Source: Pseudomonas aeruginosa (lineage in GTDB: Bacteria; Pseudomonadota; Gammaproteobacteria; Pseudomonadales; Pseudomonadaceae). Taken from it: 32,000 bases of DNA. Below, one piece after another: positions 27,775 through 32,000 of this stretch. Within the stretch, counting starts at the first letter, position 1. Every line of letters begins with the position of its first letter. Below the pieces are notes generated by a model. It searched no databases, was not told where the DNA came from, and saw only the letters and a program-made list of their open reading frames with translations. The translations under genes and the position numbers were made by a program. Where the stretch lies: NCBI RefSeq assembly GCF_001457615.1, contig NZ_LN831024.1, positions 2,160,001 through 2,192,000 on the forward strand. Reading direction: 5' to 3'.

Positions 27775-28548
27775 GCGCGCACCGGAGGAAATGGAAGGAG
27801 AGGCACTATGGACCCGCGACCGGCAAGGGTCGCGGGTGGCAGGCGGTCAGGCGTCGACGCCGCCCTGTTGCGCCGGAACAGCCAGGCAGCGGCCAGGCCG
27901 AGGGCGGCCCAGAACAGCGCATTGCTGACCAGCGAGGCGACCACGAAACGCTGGGCCAGGGCTTCCGGCGCCAGGCTGGCATGGACCTCGGGCTGCGGCG
28001 CGCCGAACAGGTGCGGCAGCGCCAGCAGGACGGCGCCGACCAGCTTCAGCGGCCAGTTGCCGCCGAACACCAGCAGGGCCAGGCCCACCGCGGTGGCGGC
28101 GGCGGTGGCGATCCACCAGTACTGGCGTTGCACCAGGTCGGCCGCGGCGGTACCCGGCAGCTCCGGCGGCAGGCCCAGCGACGGCGCCAGGCAGAACACC
28201 GCGTAGCCGGCCAGGCCCCAGAGCAGGCCCTGCCAGGTCTGGCCCGGCGCGCGCAGGGTGAAGAGGCCGGCGAGCATCAGGGCGAAGCCGACCGCCACCA
28301 CCAGGTTGCCGCCGGTGGTGGAGAGGGTACGCTGCCAGCCGTCCTCCGGCTCCCAGGCCTCCTCGTCGTGGACATGGGCGGCGACGCCGGGGGCGTGTTC
28401 GTGGGGCTGGGCCGCGACCGGCTCGCTCTTCTCGTAGGTCTCCGCCTCGAGGATCAGCGGGGTGACCCAGAGAATCTGCAGCAGGGTCAGCAGCAGGGCG
28501 GCGAGCAGGCCGGCGAAGCCGGCGGTCTGGGCGATGCGCTTGATCATT
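27747..28548 (-). CDS. cbtA: CbtA, predicted cobalt transporter subunit
   Basis: MIKRIAQTAGFAGLLAALLLTLLQILWVTPLILEAETYE..., multiple TM segments and a His-rich loop HEHAPGVAAHVHD; start at 28548; the 3' end is uncertain. Confidence 0.82.
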
Positions 28549-28564
28549 CTGGTTCCCTCGCGAC

Positions 28565-28747
28565 TCAGTGGCAGGGGAAGCCGGAGCTGTGCCGGGTATC
28601 GTGGGCGGCGTTGTGTACCGCGTCGATGTGCGAGAAACCGGCGAAATAGACCAGCAGCGCGCCGAGCAGGCCGGCGCCGATGGCCAGGCTCAGTCGCTTC
28701 GACAGGGAGGTGGTGGAGCTGGCGTGCGCCAGGGTGCTGCTGGACAT
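28565..28747 (-). CDS. cbtB: CbtB, predicted cobalt transporter subunit
   Basis: MSSSTLAHASSTTSLSKRLSLAIGAGLLGALLVYFAGFSHIDAVHNAAHDTRHSSGFPCH; single TM plus C-terminal H..H motif. Confidence 0.82.
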   Translation of the reverse strand: MSSSTLAHASSTTSLSKRLSLAIGAGLLGALLVYFAGFSHIDAVHNAAHDTRHSSGFPCH

Positions 28748-28857
28748 GGTGCGTTCCCTCTGGATTGGCATGGGCGTGGCAGAGGAGTACGCACGAGGAA
28801 CAGGCCCGGACGGCCCGCTTCACGCTTGCGCCCGCCCACCGCGGGTGAATCAAACGA

Positions 28858-28985
28858 AAGGTTCCAGGCCGGTCTCCGGGCTCGCGCGCGATGCGCTTAC
28901 CGTTGCGGGGGCAGCGCCGGACTGGCTCGGAGAGCGTCACCGGCTTCCCGTTTCACCTCGTGCGCGCCGGCACGAGACACCTGGG
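28858..28985 (-). promoter_or_regulatory. Cobalamin riboswitch upstream of cbtB-cbtA
   Basis: Minus strand reads ...AACGGGAAGCCGGTGACGCTCTCCGAGCCAGTCCGGCGCTGCCCCCGCAACGGTAAGCG...GAGCCCGGAGACCGGCCTGGAACC, which carries the B12-box/core motifs. Confidence 0.9.
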
Positions 28986-29066
28986 ACAACCCGCCTAGGA
29001 CAGCATGAAGGACCGCCGGGCGTCAACCGGCCCGATTGACCCTGGCCCGCGCACTGCGTAGCCTTG

Positions 29067-29235
29067 CCGGTTCGAGGTTCCTCGCCGGCGACGGCGGGGC
29101 TAAGAGGGAACGCGGTCGATGCCGCGGCTGCCCCCGCAACTGTGAACGGCGATCGTTCCCCAATGCCACTGCGTGACGCGGGAAGGCGGGGAACCGGCGG
29201 AGACGCCAGACCGTGAGCCAGGAGACCTGCCTCGT
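29067..29235 (+). promoter_or_regulatory. Cobalamin riboswitch upstream of cobW
   Basis: GGGCTAAGAGGGAACGCGGTC...GCGGCTGCCCCCGCAACTGTGAACGGCG...CCACTG...GGGAAGGCGGGGAACCGGCGGAGACGCCAGACCGTGAGCCAGGAGACCTGCC. Confidence 0.95.
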
Positions 29236-29369
29236 CGATCCCGTGGCGCGATGCCCGGGGACAAGACTTCCATACAACCGGGCGGGGTGATCCGGTGGCG
29301 AATCCGTTGCGCGGCCCCTGCGTCCGCGCCACTCGTCCGCATGCCCGCCGAGCTGAACAAGGGCTGCCC

Positions 29370-30422
29370 ATGAAAACCCTGGCGAAACTCCCCGTCACCA
29401 TCGTCACCGGCTTCCTCGGCGCCGGCAAGACCACCTTGCTCCGGCACATGCTGGACAACGCCGAAGGCCGGCGCATCGCGGTGATCGTCAACGAGTTCGG
29501 CGAACTCGGCATCGACGGCGAGATCCTCAAGCAATGTTCCATCGGCTGCAGCGAAGAAGAGGCGCAGGGCCGCGTTTTCGAGCTGGCCAACGGTTGCCTG
29601 TGCTGCACCGTGCAGGAAGAGTTCTTCCCGGTGATGCGCGAGCTGGTGGCGCGCCGCGGCGACCTTGACCAGATCCTCATCGAGACCAGCGGCCTGGCCC
29701 TGCCCAAGCCGCTGGTGCAGGCTTTCCAGTGGCCGGAAATCCGCAACGCCTGCACGGTCGACGCGGTGATCACCGTGGTCGACAGTCCGGCGGTGGCGGC
29801 CGGTACCTTCGCCGCCCATCCCGAGCAGGTGGACCAGCAACGCCGCCAGGACCCCAACCTCGACCATGAATCGCCGCTGCACGAACTGTTCGAGGACCAG
29901 TTGGCCAGTGCCGACCTGGTGATCCTGAACAAGGCCGACCAGCTCGACGCCGAGGCCCTGGCGCGGGTCCGCGCGGAGATCGCCGGGGAGCTGCCGGCGG
30001 CGGTGAAGATCGTCGAGGCGAGCCGGGGCGAGCTGCCGCTGCCGGTCTTGCTGGGACTCAACGCCGAGGCCGAGCTGCACATCGACGGCCGGCCGACCCA
30101 CCACGACCACGAGGGCCACGAGGACCACGACCACGACGAGTTCGACTCCTTCCACGTCGATCTCCCCGAGGTGGAGGAAGCTGCGCTGCTCGAGGCCCTC
30201 GGCGAGCTGGTGGAGCGTCACGACATACTTCGCATCAAGGGTTTCGCCGCCATTCCGGGCAAGCCCATGCGCCTGTTGGTACAGGGCGTCGGCAAGCGCT
30301 TCGACAGGCATTTCGACCGCAAGTGGCTGGCCGACGAAGTCCGCAGCACCCGGCTGGTGGTGATCGGCCAGGAGCTGGACCAGGCCGCCATTGCCAACCA
30401 GCTGCGCACAGCGCTTGCCTGA
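29370..30422 (+). CDS. cobW: Cobalamin biosynthesis protein CobW (G3E GTPase)
   Basis: MKTLAKLPVTIVTGFLGAGKTTLLRHML, GCLCCTVQ (CxCC), His/Asp-rich linker DHEGHEDHDHDEFDS. Confidence 0.95.
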   Translation: MKTLAKLPVTIVTGFLGAGKTTLLRHMLDNAEGRRIAVIVNEFGELGIDGEILKQCSIGCSEEEAQGRVFELANGCLCCTVQEEFFPVMRELVARRGDLDQILIETSGLALPKPLVQAFQWPEIRNACTVDAVITVVDSPAVAAGTFAAHPEQVDQQRRQDPNLDHESPLHELFEDQLASADLVILNKADQLDAEALARVRAEIAGELPAAVKIVEASRGELPLPVLLGLNAEAELHIDGRPTHHDHEGHEDHDHDEFDSFHVDLPEVEEAALLEALGELVERHDILRIKGFAAIPGKPMRLLVQGVGKRFDRHFDRKWLADEVRSTRLVVIGQELDQAAIANQLRTALA

Positions 30423-30497
30423 TCCGTGATCCCCGGCCGGGGCCGGCGATGGCGATTCGCCGGCCCCAGCTTCTTGCGTCCTACCGGTAGAACGTCC

Positions 30498-32000
30498 ATG
30501 CACCTGTTGCGCACCCAACCCGGCGGCTTCGTTCCCGACGACGGCATCGCCCACCTGGCCCAGACTCCCGCCGAGCTGGTGATCCTCTGCAGCGGCGATT
30601 CGCACCTCGCATTGCTGGCCGAGGCCGCCCGTGCGCTGCCGGACGACTACCCGAGCCTGCGCCTGGCCAACCCCATGCAGTTGCAGAACCACGCCTCGGT
30701 GGACCTCTACGTCGAGGAAGTGCTGCGGCACGCGCGGGTGATCCTGCTTTCGCTGCACGGCGGCATCGGCTACTGGCGCTACGGCGTGGAGCAACTGGTG
30801 GCGCTGGCCGAGCGCGGCGCGCTGCTGATCCCGGTGCCCGGCGACGACCGCCCCGACCCGGAGCTGAGCGCCCTCGGCAACCTGCCGGCGGAGCAGGCCG
30901 AGCGCTTCTGGCAATACTTGCGCCAGGGCGGCCTGGAGAACGCCGGGCAGTTCTACCGCTGCCTGGCCAGCCAGTGCCTCGGCCGCGACTACGCCTGGCG
31001 CGAACCGCAGGCGCTGCCGCGGGTGGCGCTGTTCCATCCACGGCATGCCGAGGCGACCCTGGAACACTGGCGTGCCGACTGGCAGGCCGGGCGTCCGGTG
31101 GTCGCGTTGCTGTTCTATCGCACCCACCTGCAGGCAGCCAACACCGCCTTCATCGCACGCTTCTGCGAACGCCTCGCGGCGCAGGGGCTCAACCCGTTGC
31201 CGATCGCGCTGGCCAGCCTCAAGGAAAGCGCCTGCCTGGCGCAGGTGGAAGACTGGCTGGAGCGCAGCGACGCCGCGCTGATCGTCAATACCACCGGTTT
31301 CGCCCAGTCCAATCCGGAGGCGCCCGAGTTGCGTCCGTTCCGTCGCGACGTGCCGGTATTGCAGGCGATCTGCTCGCTGGACAACCGCCCGCTCTGGCTG
31401 GACAACCCGCAAGGCCTGGGGCCGCGCGACCTGGCCATGCACGTGGCGCTGCCGGAGCTGGACGGGCGCATCGTCACCCGGCCGATCAGTTTCAAGGGCC
31501 TGGCCTGGCGCAGCGAACGCAGCGAGAGCGACGTGGTCTGCTATCTCGCCGACGACGAGCGCATGGATTTCGTCGCCGAACTGGCGCGGCGCTGGGCCGA
31601 GCTGGCGCGCAAGCCAAACGCGGAAAAACGGGTGGCGCTGGTGCTGGCCAACTACCCGACCCGCGATGGCCGGATCGGCAACGGCGTCGGCCTGGACACC
31701 CCGGCGGCGGCGCTGAACATCCTTCGTGCCCTGCGCCAGCAGGGCTATCCGGTCGACGGACTGCCCGCCAGCGGAACCGAGCTGATCCGCCAGTTGCTCG
31801 GCGGCGTCAGCAACGACCTGGAGCATCTCGACCTACGGCCCTGCGCCCAGAGCCTGGCGCTGGACGACTACCTGGCCTGCTTCGCACGCCTGCCGGAGCG
31901 CAATCGCCAGGCGGTGCTGGCGCGCTGGGGCGAGCCGCAACAGGACCCGATGTTCCGCGACGGACGAATGATGGTCGCCGGCCTGCGCTATGGCCTGACC
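30498..32000 (+). CDS. cobN: Cobaltochelatase subunit CobN (partial, runs off window)
   Basis: MHLLRTQPGGFVPDDGIAHLAQTPAELVILCSGDSHLALLAEAARAL...NYPTRDGRIGNGVGLDTPAA; open at the window end. Confidence 0.93.
   Translation, partial: MHLLRTQPGGFVPDDGIAHLAQTPAELVILCSGDSHLALLAEAARALPDDYPSLRLANPMQLQNHASVDLYVEEVLRHARVILLSLHGGIGYWRYGVEQLVALAERGALLIPVPGDDRPDPELSALGNLPAEQAERFWQYLRQGGLENAGQFYRCLASQCLGRDYAWREPQALPRVALFHPRHAEATLEHWRADWQAGRPVVALLFYRTHLQAANTAFIARFCERLAAQGLNPLPIALASLKESACLAQVEDWLERSDAALIVNTTGFAQSNPEAPELRPFRRDVPVLQAICSLDNRPLWLDNPQGLGPRDLAMHVALPELDGRIVTRPISFKGLAWRSERSESDVVCYLADDERMDFVAELARRWAELARKPNAEKRVALVLANYPTRDGRIGNGVGLDTPAAALNILRALRQQGYPVDGLPASGTELIRQLLGGVSNDLEHLDLRPCAQSLALDDYLACFARLPERNRQAVLARWGEPQQDPMFRDGRMMVAGLRYGLT

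Noticed and set aside
29100-31826. 908 aa minus-strand ORF antisense to cobW/cobN
   Set aside because: Shadow ORF in high-GC Pseudomonas DNA; the plus strand encodes clear CobW and CobN across the same interval.

Overview
The window looks like a Pseudomonas aeruginosa core-genome segment. The host order is fabF 3' end - pabC - mltG - tmk - holB - pilZ - tatD-like - (rgsA-like sRNA, minus) - class V aminotransferase (minus) - tetR-family - radical SAM gene - DUF4823 lipoprotein - DUF1285 protein - ETF-QO (minus) - etfB - etfA - fabV - alpha/beta hydrolase (minus) - cobM - cobE - cbtA - cbtB (minus) - two back-to-back cobalamin riboswitches - cobW - cobN (partial). The accessory part is an ~11.2 kb lower-GC island (about 7154..18330). 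It splits the radical SAM gene exactly at its CX3CX2C cluster motif (left half ends ...CSWNKCGFC, right half resumes at EMYTQPQKK...). The island has short terminal inverted repeats (TAGTTATCC / GGATAACTA) and encodes no recognisable integrase. From left to right it carries: a noncoding left end with palindromes; an IS3-family (IS407-like group) element with a frameshifted orfB; an IS-truncated AbiEi/DUF6088-like antitoxin gene without a toxin partner; a small RHH-like protein; a tightly overlapping type I R-M operon in an unusual order (hsdR - hsdS - compact ABC-type ATPase with a PrrC/RloC-like C-terminal R-x3-E...H pattern - miniaturised RhuM-like gene - hsdM); and a small CxxC/CxxC protein. 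The best candidate for an under-described system is the hsdRS / putative anticodon nuclease / mini-RhuM / hsdM cassette. All family assignments come from recognising sequence motifs; no database search was run.
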